In this document: positions 47,961 to 57,084 of the stretch, piece after piece
How positions within the stretch are numbered: the first letter of the stretch is position 1
Layout of the letters: each line of letters opens with the position of its first letter
From: an uncultured Gammaproteobacteria bacterium
GTDB taxonomy: Bacteria > Patescibacteriota > Patescibacteriia > UBA1558 > S5-K13
Assembly (NCBI GenBank): GCA_964424195.1
Contig: CAYRHT010000003.1
Location: 14,919 to 78,918, forward strand
Reading direction: 5' to 3'
DNA: 64,000 nucleotides
Translations under genes and position numbers: made by a program
Notes under the pieces: generated by a model
The model's input: the letters and a program-made list of their open reading frames with translations, nothing else
The model's database searches: none
What the model was told of the DNA's origin: nothing

Positions 47961-48230
47961 ATGTTGTTAACAATTATATCTTTACTAGTAGTTGCATTTT
48001 TATCCTCAAAAATAGGATATTATTTCAGTACTAGTCGAACTAAGGTTTCACTTTATGGTACTATTTTGTTATTTGTTGCATGCACAGTTATTCATTATAT
48101 TGAAAAGGTGCTTAGTGTCTTGCATATAGATGTAAGTTCTAATGTGGGATTTTTAATTTTTATTTTATTTGAAATCATTTTCTTCTTTTTAGGAGTAATC
48201 TTATTTCTTAGAAAAAAGAAAAAGATGTAA
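47961..48230 (+). CDS. Small membrane protein (89 aa)
   Basis: Three TM helices, preceded by a promoter and an SD. Confidence 0.4.
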   Translation: MLLTIISLLVVAFLSSKIGYYFSTSRTKVSLYGTILLFVACTVIHYIEKVLSVLHIDVSSNVGFLIFILFEIIFFFLGVILFLRKKKKM

Positions 48231-48247
48231 TTATCGTAAAATAAGAA

Positions 48248-48280
48248 AAGCCACTGATTTAATCGGTGGCTTCTTTTTTT
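48248..48280. terminator. Bidirectional intrinsic terminator
   Basis: 11-bp stem aagccactgat/atcggtggctt followed by T7. On the - strand it is followed by ttttctt. Confidence 0.6.
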
Positions 48281-48298
48281 ATCTAAATTTTATTTAAT

Positions 48299-50449
48299 CT
48301 AGTTTAAGTTTAAAGAAATAATCTTATTCTCTGATTGAATATATACTTTTTGAGCAGCACCATCAACAATAAAATTATTCATTACTGGGAGAGTGGGGAG
48401 ATAGAATTGATTAACTAATTCACCATTTTTGTTAATAACAATAATTCTTTTACTATTGCTATCCATTAAATATATTTCATTAATACTAGTATCAGTAAAT
48501 ATCTCATCTATATTCTTTACTAAAGGATCAATCTCTTCTACTTCAAAGTTTTCTGAGCTACCAGTATAGAATCTCTTAACTTCACCACTTCCAGTAGCTA
48601 TATAGATATTACCATCAATGGTAATTGCTTGAGCTTCATTTAAATTAGTATTATCAGTAATCCAAGCATTTCCTTTACCAAATGATGTATCACCTTGGTT
48701 ATGTTTGTAGATTTGATTATTCTGACTATCTAAAATATATATCTTATCATTATAGATCATTAAATCATCAGCATTTTTGTAGTTAGGATGATAGGTAATA
48801 GTTATTTCTTCAGCACTTTGGTCATCTAAGTTTATTTTTACAACTTGATCATTATTCTTTAGTCCATAAACAAATTCATTATCTTTATCAAATGATTTAA
48901 TGTTTTCATAACTGATACTATTCTGAGATAGTTTTTCTATTGTTTTAGATTTTAAGTTTAAAGATGAGAATTGACCAGAATTACTTCCTAGAGCAATTAA
49001 ATTATTACCATGTTTTACTATTTTAGCTGGAGTAAATTCAAATTCAGCAATAACTTCTGGTTCTTTGATAGTATTTAATTTCCTAGTTTGATTTAAAGTT
49101 TTAGTAAATTTATCTAAGATTTCATTAAATTTCTCTTTTTGATCTTTAGTTCTTTGAGGAAGTTCATTAATTAAAGTAGATATTTCATCTAGCTTGTCTT
49201 TAGCTTGACCACTATCATTGTAGATTAATAGTAGGTCATATTCTTCTTGTTTTTCATCTATATTCTTAATTATCTCTTGATAGGTTTCTTTTTCTAGCTT
49301 TAATTTCTTCTGATTATTCATTAGGAGAATACTAATTAGAAAAGCTAGGAGAATGACAATAGCTATAATTACTATATTCCGACCACCATTAATTTTAGCA
49401 ATAGATTTTTTAGATATTGGAGTTGGAGGAGTAAGCTTGTTAGGAGTCTTTGTCTTAGGAATAGAGATTTGTTTAATCTTTTTCTTAATAGTTAGTAAAA
49501 TATCTCTAATAAAGCTATATATTGCTTTAAAGGTTAGTTTAATAATATTAATAATTTGAGAAAATACTTTAGATTCTTTCTTCACTTTAGCTTCAGGAAG
49601 AGGAGTTTCAATGTCATCTACTAGAGGGGTTGATGATTTACCTTTACTTAGAATTTCTTCAGTAGATTGTTGAGATTGTAACAAATGATCAATTGATTCT
49701 TGAGATGATATATTGATACTAATTCCTTTTTTCCCTTTTCTTTCTGAAGAAGAAGTTTTTTCTTTAGAGCTTTTTATCTTAGGAGTATATTTTGATAATT
49801 TGATAGAAACCAAACAGAAATTTTTGTTAATAACCTTATGAAGTAATTCTTTGAATTTTAAAATAATACCAGCGGGTTCATTATGAATAATTATTTTTTC
49901 AATTTGATCTTTTGATAAATGATCAAAGATAGTGTTAGTGGTAAAGAATAATAATTGATCAGGTTCAATATTACCACTGAGAATATTAGTAAATGTTTTG
50001 TTAACAGTAGGTTTATCAATATTAGATTCTAGATAATCAAAAATATTAATTAACTTGTTATTACTAGTAGTCCAAGCAGAGATACTTCCTAAAGGACTAA
50101 AGTATACTTCTTGACGATAGACTATGGCAATTAAAGCATTAAACTTCTTTAACCAGTTATTATCTATCTCAGTAATCATTGGTAGATTTTCATTAGTCTC
50201 TTCTAGAATGTTTTCTAGAATAGCTTCTTGATCTATCAGAGTTGATTTATAGTAGAGTTTATGAATTTTTTGAATCAAAAGATTTCCTAGTTCTTTAGGA
50301 TTTTTAGTTGTTTCCGGAAAGTCTAATAATACTACTAGTTTCCCTTTATCTTTTTGTCCTTCATTCGGAGATCCAGTGTAAATAAAAGCACCATGATCAG
50401 AGTCCTGAGAGTTAATTAGAAGCTTATTTGTTTTTAAGATGTATTTCAT
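48299..50449 (-). CDS. Large bitopic membrane protein: cytoplasmic N-terminal domain, one TM, extracytoplasmic beta-propeller-like C-terminal domain
   Basis: 716 aa. TM IVIIAIVILLAFLISILLM at about residue 355. C-terminal repeats rich in N/G/Y and beta-strand patterns (NGNIYIATGSGEV, DKIYILDSQNNQIY). Confidence 0.5.
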   Translation of the reverse strand: MKYILKTNKLLINSQDSDHGAFIYTGSPNEGQKDKGKLVVLLDFPETTKNPKELGNLLIQKIHKLYYKSTLIDQEAILENILEETNENLPMITEIDNNWLKKFNALIAIVYRQEVYFSPLGSISAWTTSNNKLINIFDYLESNIDKPTVNKTFTNILSGNIEPDQLLFFTTNTIFDHLSKDQIEKIIIHNEPAGIILKFKELLHKVINKNFCLVSIKLSKYTPKIKSSKEKTSSSERKGKKGISINISSQESIDHLLQSQQSTEEILSKGKSSTPLVDDIETPLPEAKVKKESKVFSQIINIIKLTFKAIYSFIRDILLTIKKKIKQISIPKTKTPNKLTPPTPISKKSIAKINGGRNIVIIAIVILLAFLISILLMNNQKKLKLEKETYQEIIKNIDEKQEEYDLLLIYNDSGQAKDKLDEISTLINELPQRTKDQKEKFNEILDKFTKTLNQTRKLNTIKEPEVIAEFEFTPAKIVKHGNNLIALGSNSGQFSSLNLKSKTIEKLSQNSISYENIKSFDKDNEFVYGLKNNDQVVKINLDDQSAEEITITYHPNYKNADDLMIYNDKIYILDSQNNQIYKHNQGDTSFGKGNAWITDNTNLNEAQAITIDGNIYIATGSGEVKRFYTGSSENFEVEEIDPLVKNIDEIFTDTSINEIYLMDSNSKRIIVINKNGELVNQFYLPTLPVMNNFIVDGAAQKVYIQSENKIISLNLN

Positions 50450-50519
50450 ACTTGTTTACTATCTAAAAATATTATACTATAAATTTAGAATACTTCATAG
50501 TTAATTAAATACAATTTTT

Positions 50520-51086
50520 ATGATTGAACAACTTTTTGGATCAAAAACTAGAACAAAATTATTAAGACTTTTTTTCATGAGAAAAGAGGCTAAGTTTTAT
50601 GTTCGAGAAATTACTAGGTTAATTGATGAGAGAATTAACTCTGTTAGAAGAGAATTGGAAAACTTAAAGAAGTTTGGATTAATCAAAGATGAACTAGCTA
50701 ACAACAAAAGATACTATTTCTTGAATGAAGATTTTATACTATTTAAAGAATTAAAAGACTTAGTAATTAAGTCTCGGTTCTTTGTTGAAAAAGAATATAC
50801 TAAGAAATTTAAAAAACTTCCTGGTGTAAAGTATGTAGTTTTAACTGGTTACTTTGTAGGACTTAAAGAAAAGACTTTAACTGATATTTTAATTATTGGT
50901 AAGGTTGCTAAGTCTAAAGTAGAAACTATAGTCAATAATATGTCTAAAGAATTCTTAAATGATGTAAACTATACTATTATGGATATGAAAGAATACAAGT
51001 ATCGAAAGAATATGACTGATAAATTTTTGTATAATATATTAAAGAATAAGAAGATTGTAATAATTGATAAGATAGAAAATAAATAA
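50520..51086 (+). CDS. Winged-helix (ArsR-like) domain protein
   Basis: N-terminal KTRTKLLRLFF...VREITRLIDERINSVRRELENLKKFGLI. Uncharacterised C-terminal half. Confidence 0.45.
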   Translation: MIEQLFGSKTRTKLLRLFFMRKEAKFYVREITRLIDERINSVRRELENLKKFGLIKDELANNKRYYFLNEDFILFKELKDLVIKSRFFVEKEYTKKFKKLPGVKYVVLTGYFVGLKEKTLTDILIIGKVAKSKVETIVNNMSKEFLNDVNYTIMDMKEYKYRKNMTDKFLYNILKNKKIVIIDKIENK

Positions 51087-51105
51087 TAAGTCGTTAGGAG
51101 GAGAA

Positions 51106-51357
51106 ATGTGTAAAGAAGAAATGATTGTAAGTGGTATTATGGCAAAGCCACCAGATTTTCAATGTTATGCTTGTGGATATGTTATTCCAGAAGTTCCTGA
51201 AATGGAAGCTAAAATAAGAAAATGTCCAGAATGTAATTCAACAAATGTTTTAGATCTTCATGATCAAAAGTTTGGAGAGAATATTCCAAAATATAAGCCT
51301 CAAGAGAATTGGCCTTTTGATTGTGAAGTTGATCCATTAAAGAAAAGTCTTTTTTAA
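51106..51357 (+). CDS. Small zinc-ribbon protein
   Basis: 83 aa with CYACG...CPECNS and a GGAGGAG RBS. Confidence 0.4.
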   Translation: MCKEEMIVSGIMAKPPDFQCYACGYVIPEVPEMEAKIRKCPECNSTNVLDLHDQKFGENIPKYKPQENWPFDCEVDPLKKSLF

Positions 51358-51370
51358 AATGAAAGTAGAA

Positions 51371-51398
51371 GGGAGTATTATCATTACTCCCTTTATTT
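51371..51398 (+). terminator. Hairpin terminator
   Basis: Stem gggagta/tactccc with a 7-nt loop, followed by tttatttat. Confidence 0.4.
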
Positions 51399-51405
51399 AT
51401 AAATT

Positions 51406-51822
51406 ATGATTTTATACATCAATACTAGTATTAGAGAGTATTTAGAATTCGCTTTAGTAAATAAGGGGAAGGTTTTTTTGTTAAAGAAAAAAGTAGGAAT
51501 TAGACAGTCTGAGAAAGCCCTTAGTTTGTTAGATAGTTTTTTAAAGAAGAATAAGTTTAAACTTACAGATATTAAGAAAATAGTAGTAAACAGAGGACCA
51601 GGTTCTTTTACTTCAGTTCGTTTAGGGATTGTCTTAGCTAACACTTTAAGTTTAGGATTAAAAGTGTCTTTAGTTGGAATAGATAATCTAGAACTTAATA
51701 ACAATGAAGATTATTTAAATTTAAATAAATTAAAGTTTTCTAAAGATTTTGTTAGACCATATTATGATCGAGATCCAGATATTACTAAGAGTAAGAAGAA
51801 AGGGTTAAAAATTAAGAAATAA
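51406..51822 (+). CDS. tsaB: tRNA t6A biosynthesis protein TsaB (YeaZ), short form
   Basis: Inactive Kae1-paralog N-domain with GPGSFTSVRLG; 138 aa. Confidence 0.6.
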   Translation: MILYINTSIREYLEFALVNKGKVFLLKKKVGIRQSEKALSLLDSFLKKNKFKLTDIKKIVVNRGPGSFTSVRLGIVLANTLSLGLKVSLVGIDNLELNNNEDYLNLNKLKFSKDFVRPYYDRDPDITKSKKKGLKIKK

Positions 51823-51826
51823 GATT

Positions 51827-52150
51827 ATGAAGAAAAAATATTATAAAATTTTAATTGCTGTTCCTCGGGAAAAAGAAGCTCAAGACATTACTCAAGAACT
51901 TCTAGAAAAGAAATTAATTGCTGGCGGTTATATTACTAAGGGCTTATCTATGCATTGGTGGAAGGATAAGATTAATAAAGAAGATTATTGGAGTATTAGA
52001 GTTTATTCAGTAATAAGTAATAAGGATGAAATTATTGAGGTTGTGAAAGAGATGAGTAGTGATGAGGTGCCAGGGATAATTTTTTTCAAAATTGATGACG
52101 GGAATCAAGATTTTTTGGATTGGATAGGAGAGAATATAAAGACAAATTAA
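51827..52150 (+). CDS. cutA: Divalent-cation tolerance protein CutA
   Basis: 107 aa in the CutA1 family (YKILIAVP...IAGGYITKGLSMHWWKDKI). Confidence 0.65.
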   Translation: MKKKYYKILIAVPREKEAQDITQELLEKKLIAGGYITKGLSMHWWKDKINKEDYWSIRVYSVISNKDEIIEVVKEMSSDEVPGIIFFKIDDGNQDFLDWIGENIKTN

Positions 52151-52159
52151 ACTAATTTT

Positions 52160-52597
52160 ATGAAAATAGGGGTAAACTATATCGGAGTATGTATATGTTA
52201 TTTTTGTCATGATGGACAAGGTAATTTTGTAATGAATAAAAGAGGAGAAAAGTGTCGAGATGAAATTGGTAGATGGGATACTGGTGGAGGAGCTTTTGAA
52301 GTACATGAAAGCATAGAAGATAGATTAAGAACAGAAATTGAAGAAGAGTTTTGTACAGATGTTTTGGAATATGAATTTTTAGGCTACAGAGATGTTCATC
52401 GGGTTAATAAAGGAGTAAAAACTCATTGGTTGGCTTTGGACTTTAAAGTTTTAGTTGATAAAGAAAAGGTAGAAAATGGAGAACCTCATAAATTTGATGA
52501 ATTAAAGTGGTTTACTCTAGATAATAGACCAATTGATGAAGAATTGCATTCAGCTATTCCTCATTTTTTTGAAAAATACGAAGATAAATTAAAATGA
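52160..52597 (+). CDS. Nudix hydrolase
   Basis: Nudix box GGGAFEVHESIEDRLRTEIEEEF. Confidence 0.65.
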   Translation: MKIGVNYIGVCICYFCHDGQGNFVMNKRGEKCRDEIGRWDTGGGAFEVHESIEDRLRTEIEEEFCTDVLEYEFLGYRDVHRVNKGVKTHWLALDFKVLVDKEKVENGEPHKFDELKWFTLDNRPIDEELHSAIPHFFEKYEDKLK

Positions 52598-53823
52598 ATG
52601 ATAGAATAAAAATAGCAGTGATTGGTGGTGGACCAGCCGGAATGATGTCTGCTATTCAAGCTTCTGATGAAAGATCAGAAGTCTTTTTATTTGAAAAAAA
52701 CTCTAGTTTAGGTAAAAAATTATTAATTACTGGTAAGGGAAGGTGTAATATTACTAATGAAGAAAAAGATGTCCGGAAATTTATTCAAGCTTTTGGTCAA
52801 AATGCTAAGTTTCTTTTTTCTCCATTTTCACAATTTTTTAATGAAGACCTATTACAATTTTTTAAAGACAAAGGGTTAGAATTTGATTATGAAAGGGGAG
52901 GAAGGGTTTTTCCAAAGAGTGATAATTCTAATGATATTTTAGATGTTTTAAAACTATATTTAAAAGAAAAGAAAGTTAATTTGAAGATGGGTAAAGAGTT
53001 AAAAGATATTAAGGTTAAGGATGAGAAGTTTATTTTAAAGTTTGTTGATGGAGAATTTATAGGTGATAAAGTTATAATCTCCTGTGGTGGTAAATCTTAT
53101 CCCGGAACTGGTTCTAGCGGAGAGATATTTGGAATTATTAAGAAATTAGGTCATCAAGTAGTAGAACTTAAACCATCTTTAGTACCTATTTTAGTTAAGG
53201 AACCCTGGGTAAAAGACTTAGAAGGACTATCTTTGAAAAATGTAGAAGCTAAGATTATTAAGAATGACAAGGTATTAGAATCTCGTTTTGGGGAAATGGT
53301 TTTTACTGATCGAGGAGTATCTGGTCCAATTATACTATCTCTCAGTAAATATATTTGTCGGATAGATTTGAAAAATACTTTCTTAAGTATTGATTTTAAA
53401 CCAGCTTTAAATTCTGAACAATTAACTCAGCGAATTAGAAGAGAAATGGAAGAACAAAATATTATTTACAAAAACCTATTAAAATTACTTTTACCGAATA
53501 AAGTTATTCCCTATTTTCTAAAGTTTATTCAGATTAAAGAAGATCAAAAGATTAAACATTTGAATAAGGAAGAAATTAAAAACATTATTGAATTGTTAAA
53601 AGATTTTAGATTTAAAATAGATTCTTTATCTAATTTTGGACATGCAATTGTTACTTCTGGAGGAGTTAGTATTAAAGAGATTAATCCGAAGACTATGGAA
53701 TCTAAATTAATACCAGGATTATATTTTGCTGGTGAAGTAATAGATTTAGATGCAGAAACCGGAGGTTATAATCTTCAAGCCGCTTTTTCTACTGGTTATC
53801 TGGCTGGAGTTAGTAGTAGGTAA
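52594..53823 (+). CDS. HI0933/BaiN-family flavoprotein (NAD(P)/FAD-dependent)
   Basis: N-terminal IAVIGGGPAGMMSA dinucleotide fold and a C-terminal GEVIDLDAETGGYNLQ motif. Confidence 0.75.
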   Translation: MNDRIKIAVIGGGPAGMMSAIQASDERSEVFLFEKNSSLGKKLLITGKGRCNITNEEKDVRKFIQAFGQNAKFLFSPFSQFFNEDLLQFFKDKGLEFDYERGGRVFPKSDNSNDILDVLKLYLKEKKVNLKMGKELKDIKVKDEKFILKFVDGEFIGDKVIISCGGKSYPGTGSSGEIFGIIKKLGHQVVELKPSLVPILVKEPWVKDLEGLSLKNVEAKIIKNDKVLESRFGEMVFTDRGVSGPIILSLSKYICRIDLKNTFLSIDFKPALNSEQLTQRIRREMEEQNIIYKNLLKLLLPNKVIPYFLKFIQIKEDQKIKHLNKEEIKNIIELLKDFRFKIDSLSNFGHAIVTSGGVSIKEINPKTMESKLIPGLYFAGEVIDLDAETGGYNLQAAFSTGYLAGVSSR

Positions 53824-53845
53824 TAAGAAATTAAATTTTAAGATA

Positions 53846-53890
53846 AAGAAAAATGCCATTAGGTTTATCCTAACGGCATTTGTGTTTTTA
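53846..53890. terminator. Bidirectional terminator
   Basis: 12-bp stem aatgccattagg/cctaacggcatt with one mismatch, followed by a T-run. Confidence 0.55.
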
Positions 53891-53891
53891 A

Positions 53892-54296
53892 TTATTTTGT
53901 AATGTTTTTTAGACACACAAGGTCTTTCTCCGGAATGAAAAAGAGTGCATCTTTATCTCCTTGTTTAATGCTTTTTGAGCAATAGGCAATATCTTCAGGA
54001 TTTATTTCAAGTCCTTTAGATATGTCTTCAAGAATTGTTTGAGCTCTGGCAACGGATCGATCTCCGGATAGTAGAAATGCTCTTATTTCTCCATCAGTCT
54101 CTATTTGTCTTTCTTCTAAATCTCTGGATTTGCAAAACTCTCGAATTTGTTTTGGTTTCAGAGTTTCAACAATGTCTTTTTTAAATTTAAATTCAGACTT
54201 TTGAGATTTTTTTAATAAAACGGTTCTGATTTGCTCCGGAATCCCCTTTGTATTTAATGAGAAATGCGGATTGAGAATTACTAGACAATAAATCAT
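53892..54296 (-). CDS. Hypothetical protein (134 aa)
   Basis: AGGAGG RBS directly upstream on the - strand. No recognisable domain. Confidence 0.45.
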   Translation of the reverse strand: MIYCLVILNPHFSLNTKGIPEQIRTVLLKKSQKSEFKFKKDIVETLKPKQIREFCKSRDLEERQIETDGEIRAFLLSGDRSVARAQTILEDISKGLEINPEDIAYCSKSIKQGDKDALFFIPEKDLVCLKNITK

Positions 54297-54413
54297 TTCT
54301 TCCTCCTATTTTTTTCTAAAACAATTTTATCATAGAATGCTGGAAAGTCAATCTTTAATTGAGAAAGAAAAAAAAGCGATACAACTTGCACCGCTTATTT
54401 TGATAATTAAAAA

Positions 54414-54563
54414 TTACTTATCTCGATGATGATTTATCTCCCCGTTTGCTTCTCGGGTTGCATAACGAGAATGAGGTCCATTACACTTTTTTTTACATTT
54501 TTTTGCTAAATCTTTTGCTGTCGGTGGTGGTGATTCATTACCCTTAATGATTGATTTTGGCAT
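54414..54563 (-). CDS. Candidate small basic protein (49 aa), not in the ORF track
   Basis: ATG with a perfect AGGAGG 5 nt upstream. Translation MPKSIIKGNESPPPTAKDLAKKCKKKCNGPHSRYATREANGEINHHRDK. Confidence 0.25.
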   Translation of the reverse strand: MPKSIIKGNESPPPTAKDLAKKCKKKCNGPHSRYATREANGEINHHRDK

Positions 54564-54666
54564 TTTTACCTCCTAATTTTTTTATTTCAATATCAATATA
54601 CTAGAGAATTGAATTTAAAGCAAATATTTATTCTTCATAAAAGGCGTTAATTATATAAAATAAAAA

Positions 54667-54692
54667 AGAGTTCCTTTAAAAGGCGGAACTCT
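54667..54692 (-). terminator. Intrinsic terminator (- strand)
   Basis: Stem agagttcc/ggaactct. A T-run follows on the - strand. Confidence 0.5.
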
Positions 54693-54703
54693 TTGTAATG
54701 CAA

Positions 54704-54949
54704 TTAAGTAGTAAGTCTTGGTTCTTCAGAATCTTCCCAATTACCCTTGAAAGGTTCTAAATTTAGTAGCACAGGAGGTTCTAGAGCTAAACCATTTCTT
54801 GGAGGATTTTTCCATCCCTTTTCCCCTAAATCCTTTTCAGGAGGATAATAGAATCCCCAAACTTCTCCTTCTTCATTTGTTACAACATGGTCCACATCTT
54901 TGGGAACCTTAGACCAATTATATTTCATCTTTCCCCCTTTGTTTTTCAT
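54704..54949 (-). CDS. Hypothetical small protein (81 aa)
   Basis: SD-like sequence upstream. Proline- and tryptophan-rich; no known domain. Confidence 0.4.
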   Translation of the reverse strand: MKNKGGKMKYNWSKVPKDVDHVVTNEEGEVWGFYYPPEKDLGEKGWKNPPRNGLALEPPVLLNLEPFKGNWEDSEEPRLTT

Positions 54950-54980
54950 TTTCCTTAAATCATTTTAACATGAAAAAGTA

Positions 54981-55661
54981 TTAAAGCAAGGTTTTAGCAT
55001 TTTTTATTTCTCTAAAATTCCCTAGTTTTAAATTCCCTAGTTTGTATTTTCCAATTTGAATCCTTTTTAAATTGTATGTTCCAGAGCCTACGGCTTGAAT
55101 CATTAATCTAATTTGTCTCTTTCTTCCTTCTGAGATTGTTATATGTAATTTGTTTTTACCAACTTCTTTTACTTTAGCTGGAAATGTTTTCTTATTCTCA
55201 ATCATAATACCATCTCTGAGTCTTTGGACATCTTGGGGGCTAATAGCTCTATTTAACATTGCTTCATAGGTCTTAGGAAGCTTGTATTTAGGATGAGTAA
55301 TTTTGTTAAGCCAGTCTCCATCATTAGTCATAAATATTAATCCTTCAGAATCATAATCTAATCGACCAACATATTTAAGGTTTTGATACTTATCAGGAAG
55401 AAGACTGTAAATTGTTCTTCGATCATGAGTGTCTGTTTTAGTAACTAAATACTCTTTGGGCTTATTCACAGCTAAGTATATCTTTTCACTATCAGAGTCT
55501 ACTTTTTGACCTTTGTATTCTACTAGGTCACCTTCTATAATTTGAGTACCTAAATCAGTACATATTTTTTCATTAACTTTAACATCACCATCTTTAACAA
55601 ACTCTTCAACTTTACGTCGAGAGCCTAAATTACATTGAGCTAAATATTTATTGATTCGCAT
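54981..55661 (-). CDS. rsuA: 16S rRNA pseudouridine synthase (RsuA/RluB family)
   Basis: N-terminal S4 domain (RINKYLAQCNLGSRRKVEEFVKDGDVKVN). Catalytic RLDYDSEGL motif. Confidence 0.8.
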   Translation of the reverse strand: MRINKYLAQCNLGSRRKVEEFVKDGDVKVNEKICTDLGTQIIEGDLVEYKGQKVDSDSEKIYLAVNKPKEYLVTKTDTHDRRTIYSLLPDKYQNLKYVGRLDYDSEGLIFMTNDGDWLNKITHPKYKLPKTYEAMLNRAISPQDVQRLRDGIMIENKKTFPAKVKEVGKNKLHITISEGRKRQIRLMIQAVGSGTYNLKRIQIGKYKLGNLKLGNFREIKNAKTLL

Positions 55662-55726
55662 TTAAGTTGTATTAATTATTATAATCTAAGTATAGAGCAT
55701 AGTAGCAGAAGTTTAAAGCTTTTATT

Positions 55727-55757
55727 AAAAAAAGGGAAGACTATGAGAGTCTTCCCG
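55727..55757 (-). terminator. Intrinsic terminator (- strand)
   Basis: 9-bp stem gggaagact/agtcttccc. On the - strand it is followed by T7. Confidence 0.55.
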
Positions 55758-55780
55758 GAATTATTTTACTTCAGCAAATT

Positions 55781-56890
55781 TTATTTAATTCGTTGAAGCG
55801 CTACTTTAGGATCAAAGCCATTTTTGAAAAGCGTTGATCCGTAATCTTCTTTCACACCATCTGACTGATAATGTCTGGAATTGTAGATATTATGCCAGAA
55901 GATAATTTTGATGTAGGTCTGATTCATGGACTGAAGACTCACTAAATAATTAGCTTGTCCTTCTTCGTTCATAGTCTGAGTTCGTAGGAATATTGTATCC
56001 CATCCTCGAAATACGTGATCGTATTGTAGAGGATATAGAATTGATGGACAACTGGTTTCACCGATAATTATTTGTTTTCCTGTGACACCGTGCACCATTT
56101 CTAAGAAGCTGATTAAAGTGCTTTCTAATTTTGCTTCAATTTCCGAAACAGTAGGAATAGCCGAGTCACTAAAATTAACCGCATACCAAGTTACACCAGT
56201 GTAATCCCAAAGTTGATGAAATTCATTAGTGATGTGAGAAAACTCATCATTCGTAGTCCCAGCAATGTAATAGACTAAGGACTCAGAATATGAATTTCTA
56301 ACTTCAGTAACCAAGTTTGACCAATGACCATTATATTCCGGCCAAGTTAATTTTGTTAGTTCTTGCCCGATATTCAATAATTCAATTCCGTTGCTTTGAG
56401 CAAATTCACTGCAAATTGCAACTTCTGTGGTTAAGTTTTCAAACCAGAGATCAGGATTAGATGGATCAATGTCGATTTTTGGACCATCAACATAACCATC
56501 ACACCAACCACCAGCCTGTTCTATCATCGGTAGAACTTCGAAACTTAATTGAACTTGAAGTCCGAAACTACGGGCATGATTAATCAATTCTGTCAGTTCA
56601 TCTTCAGTAAATGAATCAATGGAAAGAAATGATCTAACAAATTCATTGCTCTGATATTCAATTTGGTAAACATTCCAAAAGAAAGTTACCCATTGAGCAT
56701 CATTATCAGCTAAAATTTCTGTCCGTTCTTTGATATCATCAATACTCTCATTTTGATGATAGTTTCCGGTATATTTCCGATCAAAGTTAGCTCCGATAGG
56801 AATTTTTCTTTGAACATCAATTGCTGGGCCCGTAGGATTTTCACAAGCAGCAATTAAAATTGCCACCATCAAAACAAATATAGTTTTCAT
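55781..56890 (-). CDS. Lipoprotein, putative TIM-barrel glycoside hydrolase (GH5/GH113-like)
   Basis: Lipobox LIAAC. Candidate acid/base NIGQE and nucleophile IIIGETS motifs. Tryptophan-rich barrel. Confidence 0.5.
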   Translation of the reverse strand: MKTIFVLMVAILIAACENPTGPAIDVQRKIPIGANFDRKYTGNYHQNESIDDIKERTEILADNDAQWVTFFWNVYQIEYQSNEFVRSFLSIDSFTEDELTELINHARSFGLQVQLSFEVLPMIEQAGGWCDGYVDGPKIDIDPSNPDLWFENLTTEVAICSEFAQSNGIELLNIGQELTKLTWPEYNGHWSNLVTEVRNSYSESLVYYIAGTTNDEFSHITNEFHQLWDYTGVTWYAVNFSDSAIPTVSEIEAKLESTLISFLEMVHGVTGKQIIIGETSCPSILYPLQYDHVFRGWDTIFLRTQTMNEEGQANYLVSLQSMNQTYIKIIFWHNIYNSRHYQSDGVKEDYGSTLFKNGFDPKVALQRIK

Positions 56891-57029
56891 TATTCCTCCT
56901 AATATTTTATTTTTATTTTTTATTAATCTTTTGTTAAAAAAGCTTAATATATTATATTACACTATTTCCTTTTTTTGTCAATATTAGATATAATATAAAA
57001 AGAGGATTGAATTATGTGAAAAGTACTAC

Positions 57030-57058
57030 TTGACTTTTTATGTAATTTGTGATATATT
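57030..57058 (+). promoter_or_regulatory. Sigma70-type promoter
   Basis: TTGACT, 17-nt spacer, TATATT. Confidence 0.45.
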
Positions 57059-57084
57059 AGAATAATGATAATATATATAAATAC

